IMG/VR virus record: IMGVR_UViG_3300013947_000035 | Coordinates: 1 to 64,000 of that record | Reading direction: 5' to 3' (one strand) | From: a virus | Taxonomy: Duplodnaviria > Caudoviricetes | Length of the DNA stretch: 64,000 nucleotides | Part shown: positions 1-10,031 of the stretch, piece by piece | How the letters are laid out: each line of letters opens with the position of its first letter | Numbering within the stretch: position 1 is the stretch's first letter | Notes under the pieces: model-generated | Told to the model about the DNA's origin: nothing | Seen by the model: the letters and a program-made list of their open reading frames with translations, nothing else | The model's database searches: none | Position numbers and translations under genes: made by a program

Positions 1-62
1 TCCACCCACACCTCGCACCGCGAAGGACGGGAACGAGGGGGGGGGGGGGGGGGGGGGGGGGG

Positions 63-650
63 ATGCTTGAACAAAAAGGTATCCGAAACATGTTCGATAA
101 CTTGGTCGAAAACGATATAACCAAATCATTCGATTTCGGAATTCTTAAAGAACTCGACCGTATTATGAAGAAGCGCAATATCTATATTTGGTGCAATAAA
201 CTTCTCATACCGAAACTGTTTGAATATTATAAAGGTTCGCTTTTTGATATAATCAGTTGGCATAAAACAAACGCTATGCCGTTGTGTGGAAGCAAATACC
301 TAACCGATACCGAGTATTGTCTATACTTCCACGATACGATGAAACTTAATACAACTTATGATACGGCTAAAACGCATTACGAACAGCCTATAAATATCAA
401 AGACAAACAAAAATATGGGCATCCGACTTGCAAGCCCGTCAACATTCTCGAAAACTTGATAATCAACAGCTCGAACGAAGGTGATATCGTATTCGACGCC
501 TTCGCGGGTTCAGGCTCGACTTTGGTTGCGGCTAAAAACCTTAATCGACAATATCTTGGATTCGAAATCGACCCGAAATGGGCGCAGGTCGCACAAAATC
601 GTCTTAATAACATTGACGCCGACGGGCAAATGTCATTATTTACATTCTAA
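63..650 (+). CDS. DNA N4/N6 methyltransferase (beta class), 5' end uncertain or truncated
   Basis: HPTCKP and DAFAGSGSTLVAA...GFEID motifs; start abuts a poly-G run. Confidence 0.85.
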   Translation: MLEQKGIRNMFDNLVENDITKSFDFGILKELDRIMKKRNIYIWCNKLLIPKLFEYYKGSLFDIISWHKTNAMPLCGSKYLTDTEYCLYFHDTMKLNTTYDTAKTHYEQPINIKDKQKYGHPTCKPVNILENLIINSSNEGDIVFDAFAGSGSTLVAAKNLNRQYLGFEIDPKWAQVAQNRLNNIDADGQMSLFTF

Positions 651-670
651 AAATAAAAGGAGCAATTAAT

Positions 671-1282
671 ATGAAAACTTGGGCAGAAAACGAAATCGAA
701 CTCGCCATCAAAAAAGAAACAGCAAAAAAAGATTCTATGGGCGAATATGTAAAAATGTGTCTTGAATCCGCACTCGAAGCATATAAGGTGCTTTGCGTTC
801 AGGGACATTCTGGTATGAGCATAAAAATAACACAAGACATACTCAATCGCCTTATCGACGGAAACCCTTTGACCGCAATCGAGGACACGCCTGATGTTTG
901 GGTAGAAACTCGAACAGAAGAAAACAGTACAAAACATTTTCAATGCAATAGAATGTCGTCTCTATTCAAAACCGTGGACGGAAATGGAAACGTATCTTAT
1001 GATGATATCCATCGTGTCCTTTGCAAAGCCGTAGATAGTGATATTCGCTATTTTTCTGGGCTCGTATCAGACGTAATAAATAAAATGTATCCTATCAAAA
1101 TGCCTTATTATCCCGCCGATAGAAGCTATGTGGTTTTGGTCGAAGAAGCGAATTGCTATAAACATCTTATCTCTGTTACTACACCTGAAAACGAGGTTAT
1201 CCCTATAGAACGATACTTCAACGATAAGGGAAAAGAAATCGGCGAAGAAGAATTTACAAATTACAAAAATACGTTGGAATAA
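671..1282 (+). CDS. hypothetical phage protein
   Basis: 203-aa ORF with AAAAGGAG RBS. Confidence 0.8.
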   Translation: MKTWAENEIELAIKKETAKKDSMGEYVKMCLESALEAYKVLCVQGHSGMSIKITQDILNRLIDGNPLTAIEDTPDVWVETRTEENSTKHFQCNRMSSLFKTVDGNGNVSYDDIHRVLCKAVDSDIRYFSGLVSDVINKMYPIKMPYYPADRSYVVLVEEANCYKHLISVTTPENEVIPIERYFNDKGKEIGEEEFTNYKNTLE

Positions 1283-1301
1283 AACATTTTTAGTAACCCT
1301 A

Positions 1302-1330
1302 TTGACAACGACTTTGTGCTTTGCTATAAT
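1302..1330 (+). promoter_or_regulatory. sigma70/sigmaA promoter
   Basis: TTGACA-N17-TATAAT with TG extension. Confidence 0.85.
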
Positions 1331-1365
1331 CTAAGTACAAAGTCGAAATCAAAGGAGTGACAACA

Positions 1366-1689
1366 ATGAAAGTTAGTGAAATGAATCGCAGACAGAAAAA
1401 AGCGTTTTACAATATCAAATACGCGGCAGACGACCTTCTCGGTGGACTCGAAAATACACTTTTGGATTATTCCGAAGATAGTGACGAATACAAATCCGCT
1501 AATGCACTGATTCACGACCACGACAGGCTCGTGAAAAGATTGTATTCAGATGCAACCACTTGTGTGTACGGTCCAGGCTATTGCGGATTCGGTCCCGAAC
1601 ACGAGAGATTCATACGCGATATACGTTTCTGCGGCAAAGAATGGCTTATGGAACGCTGCGAAAAGAGAATAACAAAGGAAGGATATTGA
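1366..1689 (+). CDS. hypothetical protein
   Basis: AAAGGAG RBS before ATG 1366, downstream of promoter. Confidence 0.8.
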   Translation: MKVSEMNRRQKKAFYNIKYAADDLLGGLENTLLDYSEDSDEYKSANALIHDHDRLVKRLYSDATTCVYGPGYCGFGPEHERFIRDIRFCGKEWLMERCEKRITKEGY

Positions 1690-1695
1690 TTATAT

Positions 1696-2190
1696 ATGCC
1701 ACAACAACTAAAAACTTGCAGAAGAAAAACATCAGACGATGAGTTCTTTACAATGTATAAAGATGCCGTCCGAGAACTGCACAAATATGATTTGAGGGGT
1801 AAACGCATAATTTGCCCCTGCGACAATCGCGAAAGCAATATATACAAGTATCTGAAAGACTGTTATTACAATGTGAAATGCGATGCTACAGAATGGAGGG
1901 ATATCGATTACAGCCAGTATGACGTTGTAATTACGAATCCGCCGTTTTCTCAGGCGCGAGAGTTTATTCGGTATTTAGTCCGTTGCAATGTCGATTTCAT
2001 TATAATCGTAAGCGATGTGATGAGATATAGTATCAAGAACGGGAAATGCTCTTTTGGGCGCAAGATATATATAGGAAAAGACGCACAAAAGTTTTATAGA
2101 CCAGACGGCTCAATCTATCCTGTCCATTGCGGGTGGATTTCGTCTTTTCAAGACGATTGGGGCGAAAATGAACTAATAGAGACCGAATAA
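1696..2190 (+). CDS. adenine-specific DNA methyltransferase, EcoRI-MTase-like (short)
   Basis: IICPCD...VVITNPPFS motif. Confidence 0.7.
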   Translation: MPQQLKTCRRKTSDDEFFTMYKDAVRELHKYDLRGKRIICPCDNRESNIYKYLKDCYYNVKCDATEWRDIDYSQYDVVITNPPFSQAREFIRYLVRCNVDFIIIVSDVMRYSIKNGKCSFGRKIYIGKDAQKFYRPDGSIYPVHCGWISSFQDDWGENELIETE

Positions 2191-2218
2191 AATTCGGTCT
2201 TTTTCTTTCTTAACCCCA

Positions 2219-2247
2219 TTGACAACGGTTTTATATTTTGGTATAAT
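2219..2247 (+). promoter_or_regulatory. sigma70/sigmaA promoter
   Basis: TTGACA-N17-TATAAT. Confidence 0.85.
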
Positions 2248-2283
2248 ATAAATACAAAAATGAAACAAAAGGAGATATACAAA

Positions 2284-2607
2284 ATGAAACATTTTGATAG
2301 TGTAAAAGAACACGCAGAATATACGACTATAACCGAATATCTGCAACAAAAATGCGAAGCCGTATTGAACACGATTAAGCCGATATGCGACGCGTTCGGT
2401 ATCAAAGATTATGACTATGTTGTCGACGACAGACTCTCTGAACGTCTTGTACTCGAAGGCACTAAAATCGGATGCACTTCGGATTCTATCGCCACAATCG
2501 TAAACGAACTCGTCATATATCTGTTCGTGAACTATGCGGCAAATAGGTTTTATAATTTTAAGAAGCAAAGTCTGAACGAACTGACTCGATACTGGATAAA
2601 GGATTGA
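2284..2607 (+). CDS. hypothetical protein
   Basis: AAAGGAG RBS before ATG 2284. Confidence 0.75.
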   Translation: MKHFDSVKEHAEYTTITEYLQQKCEAVLNTIKPICDAFGIKDYDYVVDDRLSERLVLEGTKIGCTSDSIATIVNELVIYLFVNYAANRFYNFKKQSLNELTRYWIKD

Positions 2608-2611
2608 TTTT

Positions 2612-3136
2612 ATGGACGATAAGATAAAATTTGAAGAATTTGCAATCGGGAAACCGACGCCAGAAGACGACAAAAAAATACAAGATACTACGATTTGGTG
2701 GGCGAGAGAACTCATAAAGGCGCAGGAAATCGCGATAAGAGAAAAAATATTCGCCAACACCGTAATTATCAATGAGAACTATATTAAGACCGCTTCTATA
2801 CCGTTTTCTTACGGCTATGAAATTCCTCCGATGATATGCGGACTCGAAATACATCCAACAAAAACGTTCTTGCCCGATAATGTCGCTTTTGCGCTCGTAA
2901 AAGCGCCTACAACCGAATTTGAGCGCAAACTCGAAGAAGGAATCGAAAAGTTTTCGGATATGGTTGCAAAACACCTCGCGGATGTTTTCGATTCGCCCTG
3001 CAACTATTCACCGCTCGACGAAGAAATGTTCGACTACTGCGGCGGTGTCGAGGGCGAATGCGAATGCGATGATGCCGTCGAGTGTTGGAAACGCGTTTTC
3101 AAAATGTGGAGTATCGAAAATGAACGAAAAATATGA
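2612..3136 (+). CDS. hypothetical protein
   Basis: ORF tiled within operon. Confidence 0.75.
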   Translation: MDDKIKFEEFAIGKPTPEDDKKIQDTTIWWARELIKAQEIAIREKIFANTVIINENYIKTASIPFSYGYEIPPMICGLEIHPTKTFLPDNVAFALVKAPTTEFERKLEEGIEKFSDMVAKHLADVFDSPCNYSPLDEEMFDYCGGVEGECECDDAVECWKRVFKMWSIENERKI

Positions 3137-3602
3137 AAGACTTACCGCAACAACATCAGACGGCAGTGTCGGTATCAGACGCGGTTACACCAAAGACGAT
3201 TTGATTGCGCGTTTGGTCGAACTTGAAAACAAAATCGAACATAACAATATCGCTATTCTTCCATACAATGTAGGTAGCTTCGTTAATTACGGTGACGAAA
3301 ACGCGCTCATAAGTGGATATGTAATTCAAGGCGCACAATTATATATTCAACTCTGTGCGTATGAGAGACCAGATGAGAAATATTGGTATTTCTGGATAGA
3401 ACCCGACGACGAGAAATTGGTTGTCCCCGAACAAAAACCGTTTTCGCACATTCCAGAAGGCGTAGAAGTAGTGAAATTCGAATTCAAAGACGAAGACAAA
3501 AAAAAGTTCTTTTATCCTGACTTCGATTTCGATAACGATATCAAACCTGTAAAAGAACAGGATATAAAAATAGGATATTTTCGCAACGGAAAGGAGAAAT
3601 AG
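3120..3602 (+). CDS. hypothetical protein
   Basis: ATG 3120 overlaps upstream gene; tiles to RtcB. Confidence 0.7.
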   Translation: MNEKYERLTATTSDGSVGIRRGYTKDDLIARLVELENKIEHNNIAILPYNVGSFVNYGDENALISGYVIQGAQLYIQLCAYERPDEKYWYFWIEPDDEKLVVPEQKPFSHIPEGVEVVKFEFKDEDKKKFFYPDFDFDNDIKPVKEQDIKIGYFRNGKEK

Positions 3603-3603
3603 A

Positions 3604-4737
3604 ATGAAAATTTTTGCAAAAACAGTAGAGCAAGAGGCTCTCGACCAAATAAATAAAATGGCAAATTCGCCCGTCGGACAAAATGCACATATCCGTATTA
3701 TGCCCGATTGTCACGCTGGCGCAGGTTGCGTTATCGGCACAACTATGCGTATAATAGATAAGGTTTGTCCGAATCTCGTCGGCGTTGATATCGGCTGTGG
3801 TGTAGATTATGTCGAGACCGATATCGATTTCGCTTCGAGATGTGACGAACTCGATTCCGTTATCAGACAAAATATACCCTGCGGAATGGAAACGCATAAA
3901 ACCCCGCAAGATTACGATTTTAGCGACCTTCGTTGTTGGGATAAACTCAAAAAAGAAACCCAAGACCTCGCTAAAACCGCTCTCGGAACACTTGGTGGCG
4001 GAAACCACTTCATCGAAGCATACGATAACGGCGGGCTTTCCGTTCATAGCGGCTCTCGAAATATCGGTTGGCGCGTTGCCGAATACTATCAAAATCTCGC
4101 AATCAAGCATTGCAATCACGATTTGTATTTGAAACAGCTCGAACAACTCAAAAATATAGAACCGCAAAATCGTCAACAGTGGCTCAATGAACACAAACTC
4201 AAAGTCGATAAAGAACTCGCTTATCTCGAAGGCGACGATATGCAGGACTATCTTCACGACATCGCCGTTATGCAACGTTTTGCGAATGCGAACAGAAAAC
4301 GTATGCTTGATGTAATCGTTTCAAAAATGGGCGGCGTCATTAAAACGCATATAAACTCGATTCACAACTATATCGATGTCGAGAACAAGATTCTTCGCAA
4401 AGGCGCAATTTCGGCGCTTGACGGGCAAATACTCGTGATTCCGCTCAATATGCGCGACGGATTGCTCATATGCAAAGGTAAAGGCAATCCCGATTGGAAT
4501 TTTTCTGCGCCTCACGGGGCTGGAAGACTCTATTCGCGTAAAAAGGCAAAGGAACTCTTTACCGTTGACGATTATGCGAAAGCAATGGACGGAATCTATA
4601 CCACCTGTGTGAATGAAGATACTCTCGATGAAGCGCCGTTCGCGTACAAGGACTACAAGGAAATAATGGAATGCGTCGAACCCACTGTCGAGATTCTCGA
4701 AAGACGAATTCCGATATATAATTTTAAGGCGAACTGA
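3604..4737 (+). CDS. rtcB: RtcB family RNA ligase
   Basis: IMPDCHAG, GVDIGCG, GTLGGGNHFIE, HSGSR, HGAGR, DEAPFAYK motifs. Confidence 0.95.
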   Translation: MKIFAKTVEQEALDQINKMANSPVGQNAHIRIMPDCHAGAGCVIGTTMRIIDKVCPNLVGVDIGCGVDYVETDIDFASRCDELDSVIRQNIPCGMETHKTPQDYDFSDLRCWDKLKKETQDLAKTALGTLGGGNHFIEAYDNGGLSVHSGSRNIGWRVAEYYQNLAIKHCNHDLYLKQLEQLKNIEPQNRQQWLNEHKLKVDKELAYLEGDDMQDYLHDIAVMQRFANANRKRMLDVIVSKMGGVIKTHINSIHNYIDVENKILRKGAISALDGQILVIPLNMRDGLLICKGKGNPDWNFSAPHGAGRLYSRKKAKELFTVDDYAKAMDGIYTTCVNEDTLDEAPFAYKDYKEIMECVEPTVEILERRIPIYNFKAN

Positions 4738-4748
4738 GAAGGTGTAAA

Positions 4749-5321
4749 ATGAACAATAGGTTAAATCTTTACAAAAAACCGCAATATGCGGGACCGTTTG
4801 CAAAAGAACTCGAACTCATTCAAGGGCGATATATCCGCGAACAAACCCGTCTCGCAATCGAACATTTTCCTAAATATTTCTACGACGTGATGTCGAGTTC
4901 AACGGGGAAATATCACGCGGAAGGCGAAACGCTTTATCTTCATACTCGGCGCGATGCCATACTCGGCGCAGATATTGTCAATCTCAAAATGTTTGAACTG
5001 TCGCCCGTCGAAAAAGACCTCGTAATCGCGGCACTCATTCTTCACGACTGTTGTAAGTACGGTATGAACGATACCCCGTCTGAATACGTTTTGCATTCGC
5101 ATCCGATACTGGCAAGCCAATTCGTATGGTCCGTATGCGAACCCGAATTCGCAGAAAAAGTCGCGCCACTTGTTGCCGCACATTCGGGGCAATGGACGAG
5201 TTCGAGATATTCCGAAATCGAATTGCCCGAACCGAAAACGAAACTGGAAAAAATCGTACACCTTGTCGATTATATTGCTTCACGCAGATATATCGAAATA
5301 AAAATAGAGGAGAAACTATGA
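4749..5321 (+). CDS. HD-domain phosphohydrolase
   Basis: SSTGKYH...H...LHDCCKYG...H...HLVD pattern. Confidence 0.85.
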   Translation: MNNRLNLYKKPQYAGPFAKELELIQGRYIREQTRLAIEHFPKYFYDVMSSSTGKYHAEGETLYLHTRRDAILGADIVNLKMFELSPVEKDLVIAALILHDCCKYGMNDTPSEYVLHSHPILASQFVWSVCEPEFAEKVAPLVAAHSGQWTSSRYSEIELPEPKTKLEKIVHLVDYIASRRYIEIKIEEKL

Positions 5322-6403
5322 ACAACGAACAAAGTATTTTTGACCTCTTGCCCGAAGATGATAAAATGAAAAATCATTTGGAGAGAGAAAAATCAATAGA
5401 TTGGAAATGGAGATTCGCCGACTATCCTCCTAAAAATGGCTTGAAAGTTTTTTCTTGCTTTGCTTGTGGTGGGGGTAGTACAATGGGATATAAACTTGCA
5501 GGGTGCGATGTAATTGGAGATTGTGAACTCGACAAAAGGATGAACGATGTCTATGTCAAAAACCATCATCCAAAGTACAACTATCTTATGGATATTCGAG
5601 ATTTTAACAATCTTGACAACCTACCCGAAGAACTTTATCATCTTGATATTCTTGATGGCTCACCGCCTTGCTCAACATTTAGTATGGCAGGAGAACGAGA
5701 GAATGCTTGGGGTAAAGAAAAGAAATTCCGAGAGGGGCAAAAAGTGCAAACTCTTGATGACCTTGTGTTTGTCTTTATAGAAACTGTTGCAAAATTAAGA
5801 CCAAAGGTTGCGATTATGGAGAATGTGGAGGGATTACTTTTAGGCAGTGCTTGGAAGTATGTCAAACAAATCTATAAAATGTTCCACGATATAGGCTACA
5901 AAGTGCGGCACGAACTCTTAAAAGGCGAAGATATGGGCGTACCACAAACTCGACATCGTGTATTCTTTGTAGCAACAAGATTAGACTTTGACTTGCAAGA
6001 TATTGACCTCAACTTCTACTATGAGCCTATAAAATATGGCGATTTTAAGACCGACCACGAAAAGATTGCAAAGGGCAAGATGAGCGAGGCAATAAAACAA
6101 ATTCGCCCAAATGAAGCCGTAAACGAATGTATGATGCGTGTCTATGGTGTTAATAGTGGCATAACCCATAGAGTGGTTAGAGAAAGCGATATATATCCCA
6201 CACAAATAGCAGGACACGGAGATATATGGACAGAAAAAGGCAATCACCCAAGCGATGAAGATGTACTTCACGCACAATCATTCCCCGAAGATTACGATTT
6301 GGGCAAAGAAAAATCTGAATATATATGCGGAATGAGTGTGCCACCACTAATGATTAAAAGGCTTGTAACAAGACTTATCGATAGCGGAATATTCAATAAA
6401 TGA
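5318..6403 (+). CDS. DNA (cytosine-5) methyltransferase
   Basis: FACGGG, GSPPC, ENV, QTRHRVF and GMSVPP motifs; GAGGAG RBS before ATG 5318. Confidence 0.93.
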   Translation: MNNEQSIFDLLPEDDKMKNHLEREKSIDWKWRFADYPPKNGLKVFSCFACGGGSTMGYKLAGCDVIGDCELDKRMNDVYVKNHHPKYNYLMDIRDFNNLDNLPEELYHLDILDGSPPCSTFSMAGERENAWGKEKKFREGQKVQTLDDLVFVFIETVAKLRPKVAIMENVEGLLLGSAWKYVKQIYKMFHDIGYKVRHELLKGEDMGVPQTRHRVFFVATRLDFDLQDIDLNFYYEPIKYGDFKTDHEKIAKGKMSEAIKQIRPNEAVNECMMRVYGVNSGITHRVVRESDIYPTQIAGHGDIWTEKGNHPSDEDVLHAQSFPEDYDLGKEKSEYICGMSVPPLMIKRLVTRLIDSGIFNK

Positions 6404-6414
6404 GGAAGATATAT

Positions 6415-6600
6415 ATGAAAAGGACTCAAAAACTTATTATTGTAGCAACATTACTTATTGTAATAGCACTTCTTACACTCGTGGCTTGTGACGTGGGTAA
6501 ATCCGCGAACGAAAAGATGAACGAGGGTGTGCAAAACGCAATGAACTCTGGTGCAAATATCGTTGAGAACCAACCCGCACCAACCGACACGGAGGGTTAA
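6415..6600 (+). CDS. small putative lipoprotein
   Basis: hydrophobic signal ending LVAC lipobox. Confidence 0.65.
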   Translation: MKRTQKLIIVATLLIVIALLTLVACDVGKSANEKMNEGVQNAMNSGANIVENQPAPTDTEG

Positions 6601-6603
6601 AAA

Positions 6604-6996
6604 ATGAAAAACGCAATACTTATAACGCTTGTTGTAATACTTGTTATCGCAATCATAGGTGTTTCCATCTTCTTCGGTGCAACACCGCTTGGCAGAACGA
6701 TTATAAAAAAATGGAAAGAATCTCTGCACAAAGCCGACGACAGCTCTTCTTATGGAACACAAAAAGAAGTCGAAAATACTTGCAGAGCAATGATTTCGAG
6801 TTATAATCAAGACAAGCTTATTTATGAACAATATAAAGATAGCGCCGACAAATCACAAGTCGAGTTGGCAAATAACGCTAAAATTCGAGCAAACAATACG
6901 GCAAGCACATACAACAACTATATCCTAAAAAATAGTTATGTGTGGCAAGACAACGTGCCGAGCGACATTAAAATGAAACTTGATTACATCGAATAA
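6604..6996 (+). CDS. membrane-anchored hypothetical protein
   Basis: N-terminal TM helix. Confidence 0.75.
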   Translation: MKNAILITLVVILVIAIIGVSIFFGATPLGRTIIKKWKESLHKADDSSSYGTQKEVENTCRAMISSYNQDKLIYEQYKDSADKSQVELANNAKIRANNTASTYNNYILKNSYVWQDNVPSDIKMKLDYIE

Positions 6997-7011
6997 AAAG
7001 GATATAAAAAA

Positions 7012-7530
7012 ATGTGTTTCAAAGTAGAGATTCTCAAGCATCCAACCGACGAGGATTGGATGCTTTGCAAACAATGTACACTCGTTACAATCGGCAAAGA
7101 AGCAAAACAGCCGCCGACAGACGAGTGGAAGCACAAAATACTCGCGTCCGAACATAGTCCCATTCGTGTTCTTCAATTCGTATTCAGAATCACGAATTTA
7201 CCGTATTGGGTATCTGTTCATCTTTGTCGTCATGTTATGGCAACACCTTTTGTTAAAACACAGCGCAATGACAGACAACAAAATTTTGACCGCAATTCTG
7301 CACCTCAAGACTCTCCTGTGGATATGTGTTGGAGCATGAATGCACAAGAACTGATGACTATTGCGCATAAAAGATTGTGTAATCAAGCAAGTCCTGAAAC
7401 AAAAGAGGTTGTTAAAGAGATTTGCAGACAGGTAGAAGAAATAAATCCCGAATTCAAAGGCTTGCTCGTTCCTAATTGCGTTTATCGCGGCGGCAAATGC
7501 ACCGAATTCTATTCTTGTAAGGAGAAATAA
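7012..7530 (+). CDS. thyX: FAD-dependent thymidylate synthase
   Basis: EHSPIR, HLCRH, QRNDR, NAQEL...KRLC motifs. Confidence 0.85.
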   Translation: MCFKVEILKHPTDEDWMLCKQCTLVTIGKEAKQPPTDEWKHKILASEHSPIRVLQFVFRITNLPYWVSVHLCRHVMATPFVKTQRNDRQQNFDRNSAPQDSPVDMCWSMNAQELMTIAHKRLCNQASPETKEVVKEICRQVEEINPEFKGLLVPNCVYRGGKCTEFYSCKEK

Positions 7531-7532
7531 TT

Positions 7533-7862
7533 ATGAAAAAGAAACTTATTGTATCAATCGTTCTCGCACTCGTCATCGTTACCGTTCTCGCTGTATGTCT
7601 GAGCGGTTGTGACTCTAACAATAAAAAGTCAGCCGTTGTTATCAGAGAATATGCTGGCGACGGATATAGCGAAATTTATGCGAAACTTCCTAATGCTGTT
7701 TCGGGTTGGGTTAAAGTTGATTCTTACTGCATTTACGATAACGGCGTTATCGTCATCGAATCAAGTTATGTCACAGGGTATGGCGAAATACAAAAACGCA
7801 AATTCGTTACAGACGTTAGCCAAGTCACATTCCAGTGTACAAACAACGGTCTGTTGCTGTAA
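7533..7862 (+). CDS. putative lipoprotein
   Basis: signal peptide with LSGC lipobox. Confidence 0.7.
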   Translation: MKKKLIVSIVLALVIVTVLAVCLSGCDSNNKKSAVVIREYAGDGYSEIYAKLPNAVSGWVKVDSYCIYDNGVIVIESSYVTGYGEIQKRKFVTDVSQVTFQCTNNGLLL

Positions 7863-7903
7863 CACTTTTCCCCAAAATCTATTCAGAAGCCTTGTTAACC
7901 TAC

Positions 7904-7932
7904 TTGACAAGGCTTTTGTATTTTAGTATAAT
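7904..7932 (+). promoter_or_regulatory. sigma70/sigmaA promoter
   Basis: TTGACA-N17-TATAAT. Confidence 0.85.
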
Positions 7933-7970
7933 ATATTTGTCAATAAGATAAATCAGAAGGAGAATAAAAT

Positions 7971-8396
7971 ATGAGACTTTGGCATATCGATATATTGCCG
8001 CGCTTGCCTCAATCCCAGCTCGTGGCTCAATGGCGAGAACTTAATTCAATCTACAAAGACGAGCCGAACCACATACTTATCAACTACATATACAAATATC
8101 CGAAGTCATATTTGAGAACATATTCGAACGCTGTTATAGTGGAAATGCGCAAACGCGGTATCGCTATTCGTTCAATGGACAAATTCGATACCTATTTCGC
8201 AGGCGTCACCGCTTCTGGCAAAGAGCGATTCCCTGAACACAATGAGGAGTATTATCAAATCTGTTTCTGGAACCTTCGCGAAAAATATCTTCGCGGTCAA
8301 AAAGATTTCACAAAAGAACTTTCCGATGCCTTAATTGTGAATTTTATTTTAAGAGATGGATGCAATCATTATAAGGAGATTTGTGATGAAAACTAA
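7971..8396 (+). CDS. pyrimidine-dimer DNA glycosylase / endonuclease V-like
   Basis: MRLWH..LP.LP..QL.AQWRE N-terminus typical of this family. Confidence 0.8.
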   Translation: MRLWHIDILPRLPQSQLVAQWRELNSIYKDEPNHILINYIYKYPKSYLRTYSNAVIVEMRKRGIAIRSMDKFDTYFAGVTASGKERFPEHNEEYYQICFWNLREKYLRGQKDFTKELSDALIVNFILRDGCNHYKEICDEN

Positions 8397-8886
8397 ACAA
8401 GAACAAATAAATAAACTTGCAAGCATTATCTTTGAAACCATAAATCGAGAAAACATAGACCGATTTATCGAAGATAAGAACGGCAATCTTGTGAGTGTGG
8501 AAACGGTCGGTATCGAGGGTATAGCCGAAGCTATTATCAACTCAGGCTATGGCGATATATCTGAGTACAAAGCCGAGATTAAGCGGTTGAGACTTGAGAA
8601 CGCGCTTTTTGAAAAAGACGTATTAAGAATGCGCGATGAGATTAACGAATATAAGTCCGAAATCGAGCAGCTGGAAGAGAAATTACCGAGAACTCTCTTG
8701 GACGCACTCAATGCCGAGACGAAAGAACTGATACTATCTATGTATAGCAAAAAAATGCAACAAGCGGTGGATGAACAATATCTCGAAGACGGTCACGCAG
8801 CTGCCGATTCTGTCTTGTGTGAGTTGCTCACGCTTCTCGGATACGATAAAGTCGTCAAAATCTACAATACGAGGTGGCAAAAATGA
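8386..8886 (+). CDS. hypothetical coiled-coil protein
   Basis: AAGGAG RBS before ATG 8386. Confidence 0.7.
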   Translation: MKTKQEQINKLASIIFETINRENIDRFIEDKNGNLVSVETVGIEGIAEAIINSGYGDISEYKAEIKRLRLENALFEKDVLRMRDEINEYKSEIEQLEEKLPRTLLDALNAETKELILSMYSKKMQQAVDEQYLEDGHAAADSVLCELLTLLGYDKVVKIYNTRWQK

Positions 8887-9083
8887 TGCTGAAATCTGAT
8901 TGCCCTTGCAAGGGCTGCACCTCTCGCCATCTTTCTTGCCACGCTTCGTGTTCGGGCTATGCCGAGTTCAAACAAAAACGCGCTACCGCTCTCGCTAACG
9001 AGCGCGCAGAAAAATACGATAAAGCCGCATATGTTCGCAGAGTTATTAACCGCTCGTGGGCGGCGGGAGGTAACAAAAAATGA
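8883..9083 (+). CDS. small Cys-rich protein
   Basis: CPCKGC...CHASC; ATGA overlap with upstream gene. Confidence 0.65.
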   Translation: MMLKSDCPCKGCTSRHLSCHASCSGYAEFKQKRATALANERAEKYDKAAYVRRVINRSWAAGGNKK

Positions 9084-9283
9084 ACCCAGATATAAACTCA
9101 CAGAAATGGGAACTCGTAGAAATTCTAAACAAAAACGTTCTTAGCGTCCAAAACACTCTACGCATGATTACGAACAACCCCGATGTCTCAATCGAGACGC
9201 TAAAATCCATCGCTTCGCTTCTTGTGGAAAGCGATATCGCGAATCTAACCAACTCAATCGAGAAAATCTCGAAAATAAAATAA
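9080..9283 (+). CDS. hypothetical protein
   Basis: GGGAGG RBS, ATGA overlap. Confidence 0.65.
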   Translation: MNPDINSQKWELVEILNKNVLSVQNTLRMITNNPDVSIETLKSIASLLVESDIANLTNSIEKISKIK

Positions 9284-9297
9284 AAGAGGTAATTTAT

Positions 9298-9582
9298 ATG
9301 GCAACAAAGAAAAATACAGCAGTTTACGATTCAGTTGACGAAAAAATAAAATCGGTTGACGATTCGGTTGACGACAATACAAAAAAAGTTGAAGATAACG
9401 ATACAGATGTCGTTCAAGCAGTTACCGAGAAGCCGCGTATCATCCGCGTTATACGCGTCGAAAATAAGGACCTCGAAGCCACTTTGCAACGGGTCGGATA
9501 CGGAAACGTCGCCCAAATCCTTGTCGAACCCTCTCTCGGATTCGCGCTCTTTAACGTAATCTATTGGGAAAGCGAGGATTAA
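9298..9582 (+). CDS. hypothetical protein
   Basis: AAGAGGT RBS. Confidence 0.7.
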   Translation: MATKKNTAVYDSVDEKIKSVDDSVDDNTKKVEDNDTDVVQAVTEKPRIIRVIRVENKDLEATLQRVGYGNVAQILVEPSLGFALFNVIYWESED

Positions 9583-9584
9583 AA

Positions 9585-9788
9585 ATGGACGAAACAATGA
9601 AAAATATTAAAATCGGTGTGAGCTATTCTGGTCTCGAAGAAAAATGGGTAATTGACGGTCGGGTCGTTCCCATTAACCGTTACCCCATCGACTGGAAGAA
9701 AGCGACGTCACCGATGTACACCGAACGCAATTCGCTCACGTCCGCTCAAAAGAGAGCGCTTGGGCTGTATCGCGTTCCGAAAAAATGA
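9585..9788 (+). CDS. hypothetical protein
   Basis: GAGG RBS, tiled in operon. Confidence 0.6.
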   Translation: MDETMKNIKIGVSYSGLEEKWVIDGRVVPINRYPIDWKKATSPMYTERNSLTSAQKRALGLYRVPKK

Positions 9789-9809
9789 TTTTTGAGAGGT
9801 AAAAATTTT

Positions 9810-10031
9810 ATGAAAAAAGAAACACTTAAACAACAACAAATTCGACTCGACGGCGAAAAGTGGATGCGTAGTATCGCAACCGCTTGCGACCAATCGGGAA
9901 TGATGTACTACTGCGAGGGATGTTCTCATTCCAACGGCTATCATTGTGATGTCACTCAAGACGAACGCGTTGCGGGTTCGCTCTGCGCTCGCTCTTGCAG
10001 ACGAGTCAAAGGGGGTAGCGATAATCAATGA
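9810..10031 (+). CDS. small Cys-rich protein
   Basis: six Cys; GAGAGGT RBS. Confidence 0.65.
   Translation: MKKETLKQQQIRLDGEKWMRSIATACDQSGMMYYCEGCSHSNGYHCDVTQDERVAGSLCARSCRRVKGGSDNQ

Noticed and set aside
37-62. 26-nt poly-G run before the first ORF
   Set aside because: Typical two-colour sequencing or contig-end artefact; it also makes the MTase start unreliable.
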